Source: the human T2T-CHM13v2.0 reference genome, Homo sapiens. From it: a stretch of 64,000 nt of DNA. This document shows, in pieces, positions 30,022 to 44,454 of this stretch (the first letter of the stretch is position 1; the number at the start of each line of letters is the position of its first letter). A model generated the notes under the pieces. That model had not been told where the DNA came from. It did not search any database and was given only the letters and a program-made list of their open reading frames with translations. Both the position numbers and the translations under genes were made by a program. The DNA lies in assembly GCF_009914755.1 (NCBI RefSeq), contig NC_060928.1. One strand, written 5' to 3'.

Positions 30022-30619
30022 CTACTAGTCTGATTTTAATATAGCTACACAAACTTTCTTTTAGGTAATGTTTACATGGTATATCTTTTCGATCCTTTTT
30101 TCCTTATATTTTGAGTATTATATTTTATATGACTCTCTTATAAGCAGTATACAGTTGTCTTTGTTGTTGAGAAGTTGGTTCATGTTTATTTAATAACTGA
30201 TATGTTTGGATTTAAATCTATCATTTTGCTATTTGTTAAGTATTCATTTTGTTTATTCTGAATTCCTTTTTCTCTCATTTAGGTCAGTCAGTTGCTCTAA
30301 ATATACATGATTTAAGTTATCTTAGCAGGATCCCTTCACTAAAATACACATATTCTCAGAAGTATATAACTTTAGCAAATGTAAAACATAGCTTGAAAGA
30401 GGCAGCATGTAAAGTGAAAAGTTAAGGGTCTAAGGAAACCAGAATTGGAGAACCAAAGGGGTGCAGCTGTTAAGGAGAAAAATAAATCTTAAGAATAAGT
30501 TAGTGTCTATTTAATCCTAGTATTGGAGGGGAAGTTATAGCTGAAGAAGTGTTCAAGGATCATGGGTGTGAGGATTGAACACTGCGCATTCTCATTAGTT
30601 CCTACAGTCACCAGGTATT

Positions 30620-30960
30620 GGTATTAGTCAGTTTTGGCTGCACATGAAACAACCTTACAATCACCATATTAAATATAAGTATTTATTCTCACACTAAGAC
30701 CATGTGGGTCAGCTTCTATGGCTCTACTTCTGAGGTGGCTCCACTCCATGAATGTTCATTCTGGAACTTAGAAACTAGGAGTAGTGGCTACTTTGGAAGA
30801 GATCCAAAACTTCCAGAGGAATAAGTGGAAATAGACAATGACATTTAAGATCTTAAGATCTGGAATAAAACATATTCACGGTCACTTTCACCCACATTCC
30901 AAGGACCCAAATCAGTCACCTGGAGAATGCTAACATCAAGGGGCAGGGAAGTAGGAGGTT
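30620..30960 (-). mobile_element. Old MLT1 LTR relic
   Basis: GTATTAGTCAG start; GTCACTTTCACCCACATTCC motif. Confidence 0.5.
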
Positions 30961-32074
30961 AAGGAATAAATATTTAGTCTAATTGATCTCAGTGTCTAAC
31001 TAGAAAATGCTTTTAAATCAACGGTAATTCTCTTCTGTGCTTTCAGCTCATGCTGCAAAAATGTCATCCTTGGGCTTCTGTACCTTCTTATTTTGATCTT
31101 AATGAATCTTTAAATGAAATCTGAAAAGCAGCTGGGTCCTTTCTTTATAAACTCAGCTTGCAATAGTCTATCATATATTTTAGAACTTGAAAAAGGTTTA
31201 TATAAGATAGTTGACTTTTTCCCTCCTCTCTCAACAACAGATAGTTCTTATTGCATTTAAGATGCAGGAAATGTCTATTTCGATAGGCAATTTTAGCTAG
31301 GTTCCATCAAATGTAGAAATCTGCTCTTGGGCTTTAGGATATTTGCAATTATAGTCTGAAATTTTACTATTTTGAAATTGATTAATAGGTATTAGAAGAG
31401 TAGAAATTCAGAATATAAATCTAAGCATATTGCTTTTAGTCACTTAATTTTTTATAGTGAAATATATCATAGATAATAAGATGAAGGCATTTTCAAGAAT
31501 ATACTCAAATAATAAGGCATAATGGTTTCTGCTTCCTAAACATACAAATATAAAACCCATGCATAGAAGAAACTCCTGAATTAAAGATGAATACAGTGAG
31601 ATACACATCCAAAAGACCATGAATAAAACAAAAAACTCCAGTCCACCGAATATATGCAGCAAAACAAAAGTATAGATTAAAGTGGCAGAGTATTGGAGCA
31701 GCTATTACCAGTGGTGAACATTTCATCATTACCTAATATCTTCAGATAAAAGGAGTTCAAAAGTAGGCACTTCAAAAAAATTTTAAAGAGTAACTGCAAA
31801 AAGGGATTTATTATAGTACTGGAAATGGAACTGTATTTTAAAAATTGTGAAGGAACAAAACAAATTCAGTGGGAATTTTAATAGGGTTTGGTTGACCCAG
31901 AATAGCAAAGCATCATTAATGCTGAGGAGTCAAAAGCAGCAAAGACAGAACACAGAACACAAATTAACCACCTAGGTGGAAGATAAGTTACAAAAGAAAC
32001 TGAGAGCCTTAGGAAAAAAAAATGAGAAATCCAATCTGCAAAAATCAGAAGTTTCAGAAGAAATATATGGGAGA

Positions 32075-32200
32075 AAGGAAGGAAGGAAGGAAGGAAGGAA
32101 AAGAAGGAAGGAAGGAAGGAAAAGAAGGAAGGAAGGAAGGAAAAGAAGGAAGGAAGGAAGGAAGGAAGGGAGGAGAGAGGGAGGGAGGAGAGAGGGAAGG
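32075..32200 (+). repeat. (GGAA)n purine microsatellite with 21-bp higher-order unit
   Basis: AGGAAGGAAGGAAGGAAAAGA repeated three times. Confidence 0.95.
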
Positions 32201-33699
32201 AATTGGCAAGATATACCCAAGGCAATTGGCAGCTTTAACTCTCATGTGCTCTATGAATTTTTGCTTTGTTACTGTTTTTATTCTATGAGAATTTTTCTTT
32301 TTTTTTTTTCTAAAAAGAATGTTTCAAAAATATATCCAGCAGTTTATATGTGCTATACTGAAAAGGTTTCTCTGAACATTTAAACTCTTTATTGCCAGAA
32401 ATAAAAGTCTCTGCTTATGAAAATCTTTACCAAGTCTAAGGCAGAAATTAAACCCTCACATTACAATACCAGTTTCCAGTCTTCTTGGTGGTGGTGGTCT
32501 GAGATGCTCAGTTTTTTCAAATCAAAGAAGTTTTTTCTTTCAAGATAATTTACATACTTAAGTTTTACCAATATACTGTAATGCTAAAGAATTCCTGTTT
32601 TCTGTTTCTATGATAGCAACCATTTTTTGAGGTAAGATGTGCTCTGCTAACAGCCTAGACTGTCAGGAAGGGCCACAGGATACAATACAAGGAATTTTCA
32701 GAGGAGAATTATTTAGTCAATATTCAGATTTTATCCCACCCTGTTTAGTTTTGAAACACAAGTTTATGAGGGACAGTACTGAAAATGCAAAACATATAGT
32801 GCATGTCCCTTAAGATTAGGATACAGGGGTGAGTGAACTTTCTTCTTACTTCTACCTTCCTTCTTCTAAAACCATAGCTTCTCGGAAACATGTCTGTTTT
32901 AGTATACCACCCACCAAATTTCTTCATTTCTGTCATAAACCATTTTCTAGGTCATTCTCTTTAAGCTAAACAGAAGACTTGAAATCCTTGTCTTTCACAG
33001 AGATCATTTACAGTGTAAATGTGTTGGCTTTTCGGTTCTTTGATATCATTAGCTGCAATTTTCTCCCAGATCTTGCCAGCCATTTTTAGGGTTCCACTCT
33101 ATCCTACACCCTATAATTACCAGTACCTGCACCATCACAGAAATTTCTGTTTCAAGCATCTTACACTCTGACCTATTAACTTAGTTCTAGTAGCTTCCAT
33201 CAGTTCAATCACTGTATTTAACTCAATCTGCCTCAATTATTTGATCTCAGCCAATCTACCTTTCAGTATCACTGCTCCCTCCTTTCTTCAGTTTCCTCTT
33301 TACTCATGGCCAATGGCCATCATATCACTCTTAAATATTTTGCTTTCTCTCTCTTATATATACACTAGAAAAAAAATCCATTCTTTGTTGAACCCAGCTA
33401 TCTTCACTACATTTGCATCACATAATTACAGAAGAAAAATATATATACTCACATATATTGTGATTGGATGATTTAATATGTTACAAAAACTACGACTAAA
33501 GCCTTCAAACTAGTATTCAAACGTGCCCAGAAATCCTTTCATGTTTGGTTAGAAGTGCCGCTTTCACTTTCTGAGATGACTATTTCATAACTTCTCTCTT
33601 CAAACTTCTCATGATCCTTTCTTCACTTCCTTTAGTGATAATCTCTCTTCAGTTTTTATCATAAGAATACTCAAAACCAGTCAAAATAAATCAACCCAG

Positions 33700-34490
33700 C
33701 CCCATCCATCCATATTCACAGGGTATGTGTCTTTCTTCCTGCCTCAAAAGAAGTAGGTGTTTCTGTTCCCTGAAATAGGGTAACCCTTCATAATGCTCTG
33801 GATTCTGTCTCAGCTTCCTTTCCCTCCTTCTCCTGAAGCAACTTCTTCCTGTCTACTGGATCCTTCTTATTCTCTTCAGCACATGTATGCTACCTCAACG
33901 TTATCTTTTCTTTTCAACTAGCCATCTCTGCCACATTTTCCACATCCTTCTTTGTCTTCCATCCTGTTTGTCTGCTCCCTTTTGCTTGATCTTTTTCATT
34001 TCTTCCCTTCCCATTTGTTATTGACCCTACTCAGATTGGGCTTCTGTTCCCATCAAATTTACTGACATTGTTTTGTCAAGGTCTCCAGCAGTTTTCAGTT
34101 ATCAAATTCAATGGGCTATTCATTAGTCCCATCTTGAATGGGCTCTCAGCAGTATTGGATATCATTGAGCACTCTCTGCTTCTTGAAATAATGTATTCTC
34201 TGTTTCTAGGACACAACTGTCTTTCTAATTTCTTTCTGTTTTTTATTTCACAGGTGGTCTCAAGATCCGTTACAGATTTCAACTTCTTTAACCTCTAATA
34301 CTGGAGTTCTCAAAGCTAAACTTTGATTGCAGTTCTCATCTCTAAATACCCATTCTTTTTCAGGAAAGTTTAGTTGCATGCCTTTAAAAACATTTTATAT
34401 TTTAACTTCAACATTTAGATCTCTCCACTTGACCTGTCCTCTGAGCTCTAGGCTCATATCTAACTGCCTGGATGGAATCTCCTCTTGTGC
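33700..34490 (+). mobile_element. L2 fragment
   Basis: CTCTCAGCAGTATTGGA...CTTCTTGAAA and TCTAACTGCCTGGATG motifs; boundaries approximate. Confidence 0.6.
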
Positions 34491-34492
34491 AA

Positions 34493-36050
34493 TGTATTAT
34501 TTGGGGTGACATTAGCTGCTTTAACAAATGAACCTTCCAAATTTCTGTGGCTTAATATGATAATAAAAGTTCATTTCTCATTTACAGAAACAATGACTTT
34601 TTTTGGGGCGGGGGGAGGGTTCCAAATGTGTCCTTCTTCATGGTGGTGAGGTATGTCCTACACATCTTTCTTATGTTTTCTCCCCTATCTAGGGCCTGAG
34701 GATATTCTGCATTCAGTTGATGGACAATCAAGGTGCATAAAGCATGTGCATATCTCTGTCTCCTCTGCCTGGAATGATGCACAACATGTTCTCCATTTTT
34801 CCTTTGGTGAGAAATAGTCATATGGCCCCATAGCGATGCAGTACAAGCTGGGAAATATTGTCTCTGGCTGAAAAACTGCTCACCAGCAGTAGCTATACTC
34901 TACTAAGGGGAATATGAATCTTTGATGGACACCTAGCCATCTCTGTCACACTGCCTTTCTTGCCACCCAGTAGACATCCAAACTCTTTCTTGTTCTACAC
35001 AAAATTCAATCTTCTGCTTTTTGAGTGAAACAACCGTAAGTGTCATACAGCTGCTGCATCCAGTGAAGAGTCAGAATCTCTAGGTGATGAATGGTTCACT
35101 CTAGCAGCAGTGAATATGGCTCCCTGTGCTCTGAAAATATATGAACTAAAAGAAAAGTTGTCTGTCTACTCCACCCTCCACCGCCAGCATCCAACACACA
35201 GAGGTAGAGCGGGGACAAAGAAGTACAATAAAAGCTCACATTCTAAAAAGAAAAGCAAGGGACATATGGCAGTCACTGGTCCACAGTAACGATGAAAACT
35301 TGAAGGGTAGGCACTGTGAGATTGTTTAATCAGGTAAGGGGAGAATTTCTTAATTCGTCTCTGATTCTACCTTCCAGGAAGAACTCATTTGTTCATTGTT
35401 CTATTTGGCCACTGTCTCCATGGATCAGAACTATCTTCTGGGATGTTCTGTCTTGTCTATTATATTGATGGCCACATCTGAAGTGGATTTTAGAATATGT
35501 GCCCCTACTTGGGGTGTACTTTCACAGTCTTTTTTCCTGTTTGTGCAAGTTTGAGAGCACAGTGACTGTTTGAAGGCTCAAAGATAAGCTACTAGTTTCC
35601 TTAGCAATATAATTTCTCAACACTTTGTAGGCTTCTCATCTATTTGTTTCTGTTTCCATGTACTATAACCCCATCCAAATTTCTTTTTAAGACAGTATTT
35701 CTCAGGTCAGCTTTTTAAAATCTTTTCCTGCCCATTGCTTCTCTCTTTTAACTTGATAGTGACTACTTTGAGGCAATCTGAAAAAATATGATTCAATAGC
35801 AAATCCATATCATTAATGAACCTCCATTGCTCAAGATTTATCAATCATAAGACTGTTTGGTGTCTGCAGCAGTAGTGGTTTTTTGTTTGTTTGTTTCCCC
35901 AATCCAGAAAGGTCCTAAATTTCTCCTGCTCACATTTAGTTTTGCTTGCAAAATGGTCAATTTTCATCTAAGCATATCTCTTTCTTTTACTACCCTGCTA
36001 AACACCACAATTAATAATCAACTAAAATTGCTAACACACCTTTCCAAATA
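34493..36050 (-). mobile_element. Old MLT1 LTR (34493-34950) followed by probable MLT internal sequence
   Basis: TGTATTA...TAGCTGCTTTAACAAA start; CTAGCCATCTCTGTCACA end. Confidence 0.5.
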
Positions 36051-36063
36051 TTTTCCCCTAGAG

Positions 36064-36270
36064 CAGAGGTTCTTAACTTTTTTTCCCCATGAACCCCTTT
36101 GGTAGTCTACAGAATCCTATCAACTTGTTCTCAGAATTTAAGAAAATATATAAAGTAAAACACAGAAGATAAAATAGAAAAATAAATGATATAGAAATAT
36201 GACTATAAGCATATTTAAAAATGCATAATATAATATACTTGCTACTTTATTACTACATCTAATAAAACAA
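36064..36270 (+). mobile_element. hAT-Charlie (Charlie4a-like) fragment
   Basis: CAGAGGTTCTTAAC...CCCCTTTGGTAGTCT terminus. Confidence 0.5.
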
Positions 36271-37836
36271 AATACTTTTTAAAAAGGCAAGTTAAAGTAA
36301 ATTTCTTTTCAATATATTCATGTAAGTTTTTCTTACTTGGCTTAGATAAGAGCATTAAACAGCAGGTTGGCTTCTGTTTCATCTCTTTCCACATATAGGA
36401 AACAATTTGTGGAAAACTGTATACTGCCTACATATGAAAAATCCTTCCAGGTTATCTGATTCTAGCCTTTCATTGTTTTTCAGTTATTTTATAATTCTTA
36501 AGTTACAGTAACTGATAAACATGTGTAAAATCTGTCCTAGACATTTAATTGACTTTTACAGCCTCCCTCCTCTCCCACAGAAAGCATTTTTGCTGTCATT
36601 TTCAATTTCCTTTTACTTCATACACATTGTGATTTTTGGACGTTTTATTTGAATTGATTATAACATCTGCACAGTTCCCCCATTGACTGCACAGCTCCTC
36701 CATTGAATAAGTATAATAAATTATTTACCAAGAGTTCAACTTTATATCTGTATGAGAGTCATAATTTTACCTTTTTCTGGAAAATTATCTTTGACACATA
36801 TAATGGTCCAACAAATAATTATAGAGAGCAAACATTAGAAAGCAACATGGATATCTATGTCATAAATAAATATACACAGCTTACAAGGTAAAAAAAAAAT
36901 GCCCTATGAGGCTACATGGGGTGCCAGAGAAAGAAAGACACTTGACCTGGAAGTGACACATACCACCGTATTGTACATTCCATTGGTCAGAGCTAATTAT
37001 ATGATCTCACCTAGATGAAACAGAGGTTAAGAAATGAAATCTCTGAGCGGGCAGCTACTTAGTAGCAACATCTCGTGATAGAAGGAGAGGAAGAGTATTT
37101 AGTGAGCAGTTAATGTCTTGACCAAGAATATGTAGCAGACACTTAGTGGTCTTTGCCGCATGTCATTAGCAAACATTTCAAACATAATGCAAGCCACCTG
37201 AGAGCTCATGGTGCTTGCATTCAGTAAGACAAATGCTGTTTCAAGGCTGGTAAATATTTTCTTAAAAGACCTCCTCATTTTCTCACTTTAAAAATTACTA
37301 ATTTTGTCCAGCCTCAATCACTATCAAAGTATTAAAAGCTTTTTATTACATTTCAGTATAAAAGTTTACAGAAAGAAAGGCATATAGGTATGAACAATTC
37401 TTAATAAATTTGTGTTATAATTATAGAGTAAGCCATGACAACATAGCCAACTGTGAAATATGCATAATCTTTGCAGTTTTATTTTTAGAGAAATCTTTCA
37501 AACTATGAAAATGAGTAGCAATGAGTCCCAGGTTGCATCATCATTCAGAGCCATAACTAAAAATCATGTAAGAAAAATTTTCTTATCTAGATTGCTTTTA
37601 AAAAATATACTAAATATATTTTTCTTTAATTGTATATGCCTGCTTTGGAATATACTATTTCCCCTAGTTTAAAGTTGGTTTTCTGCCTTAAATGCCGTTC
37701 CCTAGCCCATAATATTGACTGTAAATAAAATTATATGTAATTGTGGCAATTATTTTTTGAATTTGAAGTTTGGAATTTTACTTTGAAAGTATTTATCATA
37801 AACTTGAATTTAAAGGGGTATATTTGTGTGTCTGGG

Positions 37837-38318
37837 TGAAACCGACCCAATTTTTCCATAAAACTGACATTTATAGTTTCTGTTGAATAAACATAGAAAT
37901 TGACTTTTCCAGGCTTGAAACTTGAGAAATTTCATTTGTCTTATCTGAGTTACCTTCTCATGAAACCAACCATCAGGTCTCTCAGATAGTATCAAGGAAT
38001 TGAAACTTACTAGAGCACCACAAACCGGACAATGAGACGTCAGACCTCTCGCCCATCATGATTGCCTTCTGCTTCCAGTTGACCAACTCCTCTTTCTTAC
38101 TCCTCCTTAATTCTCATTTTCCTGCATGTAGTTACCTTTCTGCTATAAACTCCTAATTCTGGTAGGTCAAGGAGATGGATTTGAAACTTATCTCCCATCT
38201 CCTCAGCTGCAGCATCCTACTATAGCCTTCTTCTATGGCAATATGCATCATCTCAGTGACTAGCTTTCTGTGCTGTGAGCAGCAGGACGTAGACCAAACC
38301 CAAGCTGTTTTGGTAACG
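37837..38318 (+). mobile_element. Solo ERV1 LTR (LTR26-like)
   Basis: TGAAACCGACCCAAT start; TTTGGTAAC end; recalled consensus similarity. Confidence 0.75.
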
Positions 38319-38751
38319 TGTAGCTTGCAAAAAATATATTACAGCTTTATTATTATTTTCATAAAATACACTTGTTTGACTGAATTTTTCTTTCAAATTG
38401 GATTATAATTTGGGATTATTTAAAAGGCTAAACCAGAATTTCCCAAACGTTTAATGGAACACTGGTTTCTCAAACAATGTTTCAAAAAAAATTATTACAG
38501 TAGAATAAATTTGGAAGTCATTGAGTTAAATAAAGTAAAATATGTTTATTTGCTAGAGAACTTCTTAGAGCCTTTAATATAAAAATGCTTAGTGTGAATT
38601 GATAAGAGGGTATATAACACTTTTTAAAGTTCTTTGACTATAGATATTTTTTTTTCTGGCACAACTAGAATTGTTAGCGATCGGAGAATACTTTAAGGAA
38701 ACTGTTAGTTTATGAAGCTTGTTCGTAGGTTCCTCATGACTCCACCATTCA

Positions 38752-39099
<348 letters not shown>

Positions 39100-39288
39100 C
39101 ATAAAGAACCAAATCCAATCCAAGACCATTCAGATTCCAGATAAAAAAGCTGCAGGAAGGTGTCTTGTGTCTATGGTTTCTGGACAAAAATTCTCTGAAA
39201 TGGAATTTGAAGAAAAGAGACATTATTCCAGTGAACAGCTTACAAGCCAAGAAGATGGAGCTATCAGTGAAAAAGAATAATGCAGTCC

Positions 39289-41319
39289 CTGGAAGTCCAA
39301 GCCAGAGCAATCAGACGAGAGAAAATACAGGGAATCCAAATCAGTAAAGAGGAAGATGAACTGTCTCTGTATGCCAGTGATATGATCGTATACCTAGAAA
39401 ACCCTAACCACTCATCCAAAAAACTCCTGGAACTGATAGGTGAATTCAGTAAAGTTTCAAGATACAAAGTACACAAATCAGTAGCATTGCTATACACCAA
39501 TAACGACCAAGCTGAGAATTAAATCAAGAACTCAATCTCTTTTACAATAACTGCAAAAAATAAATAAATGAAATACATAGGAATATACCTAAACAAAGAG
39601 ATGAAAGACCTCTAAAAGGAAAACTACAAAACACTGCTGAAAGAAATCATAGACGACACAAACAAATGGAAATACATCCCATGCTCATGGATGGGTAGAA
39701 TCGATATTGCGAAAATGACCATACTGCCAAAAGCAATCTACAAATTCAATGCAATTCCCAACAAAATACCACCATCATTCTTCACAGAACTAGAAAACAA
39801 AATCCTAAAATTCATATGAAACCAAAAAAGAGCCCACATAGCCAAAGCAACACTAAACAAAAAGAGCAAATCTGGAGGCATCACATTACTCACCTTCAAA
39901 CTATACTACCAGGCTATGGTCACCTTGTATGCTCAAAACAGCGTGGTACTGGCATAAAAACAGACACATAGATCAATGGAACAGAATAGAGAACCCAGAA
40001 ATAAACCTAAATACTTACAGCCAACTGATATTCAACAAAACAGACAAAAACAGAAAGTGGGGAAAGGATGCCCTGTTCAACAAATGGTACTAGGATAATT
40101 GGCAGGCCACATGTAGAAGAATGAAACTGGATCCTCATCTCTAACCTTATACGAAAATCAACTGAAGACAGATTAGATTTAAATCTAACATCTGAATCCA
40201 TAAAAATTCTAGAAGATAACATTAGAAAAACCTTTCTAGACATTGGCTTAGGCAAAGATTGACTAAGAACCCAAAAGCAAATGTAACAAAAACAAAGATA
40301 AATAGACGGGACTTAATTAAACTAAAAAGCTTCTGCGTAGCAAAAGAAAAAACAGCAGAATAAACAGACGACCCACAGAGTTGGAGAAAATCTTTGCCAA
40401 GTATGCATCCGACAAAGGACTAATATCCAGAATCTACAATGAACTCAAACAAATCAGTAAGTAAAAAACAAACAATCCTATCAAAAAGTGGTCTAAGGAA
40501 ATGAATAGACAATTCTCAAAAGAAAATATACAAATGACCAACACACATGTGAAAAAATGCTCAACATCACTAATGATCAAGGAAATGCAAGTCAAAACAA
40601 CATTGTGATACCATTTTACTCCTGCAGGAATGACCATAATTTAAAAACTAAAAAAAAAGAATAGATATTGCTGTGGAGGTGGTGAAAAGGGAACACTTTT
40701 ACACTGTTGGTGGAAATGTAAACTAGTACAACCACTATGGAAAGCAGTGTGGAGATTCCTTACAAAACTAAAAGTAGATTTACCATTTGATCCAGCAAAC
40801 TCACTACTGGGTATCTATCTATCCAGAGGAAAATAACTAATTATATGAAAAAGACACTAACACATACATGTTTAAAGCAGCACAATTAGCAATTGCAAAA
40901 ATATGGAACCAGCCCAATGCCCATCAATCAATGAGTGGATAAAGAAAATGTGATATACATACCATAGAATACTATTCATTCATAAAAAAATGAATTAATG
41001 GCATTCACAGCAACCTGGATAGAGTTGGAGACCATTACTCTTAGTGAACTAACTCAGGAATGGAAAACCAAACATCGTATGTGCTCACTTATAAATGGGA
41101 ACTAAGCTTTGAGGACTCAAAGGAATAAGAATAATACAATGGACTTTGAGGACTCAGAGGGAATTGTGGGCAGGGTGAGGGATAAAAGACTAACATTGGA
41201 TACAGTGTACACTACTTGGGTGATGGGTGCACCAAAATGTCAGAAATCATCACTAAATAACTTATGTAACCAAACACCACCTGGTCCCCCAAAACCTATT
41301 GAAATATAAAAATAAAAAT
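39289..41319 (+). mobile_element. 5'-truncated L1PB (ORF2 3' half plus 3' UTR)
   Basis: [17 protein letters not shown] motif; L1PB 3' end CCCCAAAACCTATTGAAAT; degenerate TSD AAAGAATAATGCAGTCC / AAAGAATAGTGAAATCC. Confidence 0.93.
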
Positions 41320-41672
41320 AAAGAATAGTGAAATCCAGAGAACAAAAGGAAGTTTCAGCTTTTATAGAGAAAGTTCCCACCCAGCTTCCCAATCAGATTG
41401 AAAAATGAAAAATTCAAAGGTCCCATTTCTAATTGGTTGACACAGTTGAATTCTGATTACTCAATATAGTTGATCCCTGATTGGTTGTTATAGCTAAGAA
41501 CTAAGCATTGGCTGGTTGATATAACTGACCCCTGATTGGCCAGAGCAGATGAGCGCTGATTGGTTGGTTCCTGTGACCTCTGAAAGTCCCAAAGTTAAAC
41601 AGAGGTGTGGGTTTTGGGGGAATGCAGACTGTGTGACCCCTAGTAAGAAAATGGCCACTTGGCTCTATTTTA

Positions 41673-41953
41673 CAAGGTGTTGTTCTGTCATCCAGGCCAC
41701 AGTGCAATGGTGAGAATGTAGCTCACTGAAGCCTTAAACACCTGAGCTCAAGGTATCCTCCCACCTCAGCCTCTGGAGTAGTTAGGAATAAAGGCACACT
41801 CCACCAAACTCAGCTAATTTTACATTTTTTTGTAGAGACAGAGTCTTTTTATTCTGCCCATTCTGGTCTCAAACTGTTGGCCTCAAGCAATCCTCCTGCC
41901 TTGACTTCTCAAACCTCTAGGATTACAGGCATGAGCCACCACCAAGCCCAGCC
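41673..41953 (-). mobile_element. AluJ, essentially tailless
   Basis: TSD CTCT(A/G)TTTTA at 41663-41672 and 41953-41962. Confidence 0.88.
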
Positions 41954-42329
41954 TCTGTTTTAAATTTAGATACAGTTAGCCACTTGAAATCCTTCTTGAA
42001 GGATTGGCTCTTCCAGTTTCATATCTGCTCACAGGTTTATCAGTCATAATATATAAATTACAACAGAAAGTTCGTTTATTTTCCTTTTCCTCCTATCATG
42101 TGAAATAAGGCTGCTACTGATATAACCAGTTATGAATGTGTGTTGCAATATTGTCAAATTTGTTTCCTCCAAAAGAAAACATTTGCATTGACTAGTCACT
42201 TAAGGCTGTCAATGCCAATCTTAAGGATAATGAATATTTACTATCTTTCAGAAAACAGGAGTTTCCTTCTTTTTTTAATATTGTAAATTTCTTATTAAAT
42301 CAGACCACTAAAGTACCTTAAAAATAATA

Positions 42330-42570
42330 TTAATAGCTAACATTACTCTGAGCTAAGCACAGTTTAAATATATTTACTACTTTAAATGTATTAATCTATT
42401 TAATCCTTGTAACTACCCTGCAAGAAAGCACTTATATCGTTCCCATTTAATAAATTATAAAGAGAAGATACACAGATATTTTAAAACTTTTTTTTCTAGA
42501 TTATGCCACACGTGGACACACAGGGACCAAATTTAAACCCAGGTTCCAGGTCATTCTTAATCAGTGAGGC
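42330..42570 (-). mobile_element. MIR
   Basis: AATAGCTAACATT...TTTAATCCTTGTAACTACCCTG...CCCATTT core. Confidence 0.65.
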
Positions 42571-42724
42571 ATAATACTCTGAGAATGCACCATTTTTCTG
42601 GCTCAAATTCTTTCCTAAGGGGTCCCGAGAAGGTCATGCCTACAAACCATAACATTTTTGCTAAACAGGTCTTTTTGACTCAGTATATTGTGGCTTACTT
42701 TATGACCTGACTCTAGCATGGCAT

Positions 42725-43380
42725 TGCACAGTAAGTAAGTAGTCAGACATGAGCAGGGCGGGAAGAGGGCTCCCCCACATCCACCAGGAATGTCAGGTGA
42801 CCATCAGGTGATGGTCAGGCAGTTGTTAAACTCTTTCTAAAATAATAATTGGTCACAGCCAGCGCCAGGGAAAGGCAGTCTCCCAATAGATAGAAAACAC
42901 CCAAAACTGGTGATTAGCAGTTTTTTAATAAGATCTGAGAAGTTGAGCGAGTGGGCTTAAGCATGCACACTAAGATGCAAAATGGTGGAGTTTAACTGGT
43001 ATATAACCTTCTTCTGGGAACACTCAACTGGTAAGGGAAAGACACTGGAAGTGAGTATGTGTACAACTTCAGTAAACATACTGTCCATGTGGCCCCTCTT
43101 AAGTGTTGACAGGCCACAGTGTATGCAGACAGTAAACCCCAAGGGAAGAATCAGGACAGAAGAGGTGTAACCCCCTGGAAGCATGCCAACATATAAAACC
43201 TAAAGTCAAAGGTGAAACCACACACTTGAACCTCTCCAGTCGTCTGCTTGGCCCCCTTCCAATTGTGCTTTATTTCCTTTCATTTCTGCTCTAAAACTTT
43301 TGAATAAACTTTCACTCCTGCCTGAAAATGTACCTTGGTCTCTCCTTCAGCCTTCTGCCCCTTGGTCAAATTCTTTCTTT
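42725..43380 (+). mobile_element. ERV1 LTR (MER50-like), 3'-truncated, preceded by another ERV1 fragment (~42580-42724)
   Basis: CAGTAAGTAAGTAGTCAGACATGAGCAGGGCGGG start; TATAAAA ~43192; AATAAA ~43303. Confidence 0.75.
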
Positions 43381-43638
43381 TTAAAAAATATTTTGTCACA
43401 GTGTGGTTTTCTTGTCATCAACTCCCATGGAGAAATAGCTTCTTAGATTCATTTGGAAACTACCTCAGAGAACTATGTCTAGAAAGATCTTATTTGATTC
43501 AAACTTTATAAATTGTCATTATTATGATATAAAAATGGCTGATAGTGGTAATTTCATGTTTGACCTCATAGCAAAGAAAAGTAGTATGATGCCAATGTAG
43601 TTGAGTATTTATTGAGCACATATCACATGTCAGAGTTC

Positions 43639-43944
43639 TTTTTTTTTTTTTTTTTTTTTTTGAGACAGAGTCTTGTTCTGTCGCCCAGGCTGGAGTGCAG
43701 TGGCGCAATCTTGGCTCATTACAAGCTCCGCCTCCCGGGTTCACACCATTCTCCTGCCTCAGCCTCCTGAGTAGCTGGGACTACATGCGCCTGCCACCAC
43801 GCCCAGCTAATTTTTTGTATTTTTATTAGAGATGGGGTTTTACTGTGTTAGTCAGGATGGTCTCGATTTCCTGCCCTCGGGCGATCCACCTGCCTCGGCC
43901 TCCCACAGTGCTGGGATTACAGGCGTGAGCCATGGCACCCGACC
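43639..43944 (-). mobile_element. AluY-like
   Basis: T-tail; CAAGCTCCGCC and CACACCATTCTCC diagnostics. Confidence 0.93.
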
Positions 43945-44058
43945 GTCAGGCTTTTTTAAACTAGAAGTTGCAGATACACGAGTGAATAAAAAGTCTAGGA
44001 TCTTACCAAAAAAATCAACTAAATTAGCAAAAAATTGAATGCCTAATTACAAACTGAA

Positions 44059-44454
44059 TGACATGGTTTGTCTCTGTGTCCCCACCCAAATCTCATGCTG
44101 AATTATAATTCCCAGTGTTGGAAGAGTGGCCTCATTCCCAGTGTTGGAGGAGTGGTGATTGGATCATGAGGTCGGATTTCCCCCTAGTTGTTCTCATGAT
44201 AGTGAGTTCTTATGAGATCTGGTTGTTTGAAAGTGTAGCACTTCCCCCTTCACTCTCTGTCTTTCTCTTGGTCCAGTCATGTAAGATGTGCCAGCTTCCC
44301 CTTCACCTTCCACCATGACTGTAAGTTTTCTGGGGCCTCCCCAGCCTTGCTTCCTGTATAGCTGGTGGAACTGTGAGCCAATTAAACCTCTTTTCTTTGT
44401 AAATTACTCAGTCTCAGGTAGTTCTTTATAGCCGTGTGAGAAGAGACTAATACA
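44059..44454 (+). mobile_element. MSTA-like solo MaLR LTR
   Basis: TGACATGGTTTG...GACTAATACA; 5-bp TSD CTGAA/TTGAA. Confidence 0.88.

Larger units (their letters stand above)
39165..42032 (-). mobile_element. ERV1 LTR (MER67-like) split by L1PB and AluJ
   Basis: Minus strand starts TGTGAGCAGATATGAAACTGGAAGAGCCAATCCTTCAAG; CTGATTGG repeats at 41380-41570; pieces 39165-39288, 41337-41672, 41954-42032. Confidence 0.6.

Noticed and set aside
31878-32383. Overlapping K/E/G/R-rich and F/L/P/S-rich ORFs
   Set aside because: Products of the GGAA repeat
33918-34950. CTAGCCATCTCTG(C/T)CACA repeated 1 kb apart
   Set aside because: 17/18 match with no extension; too short to define a second LTR or a TSD
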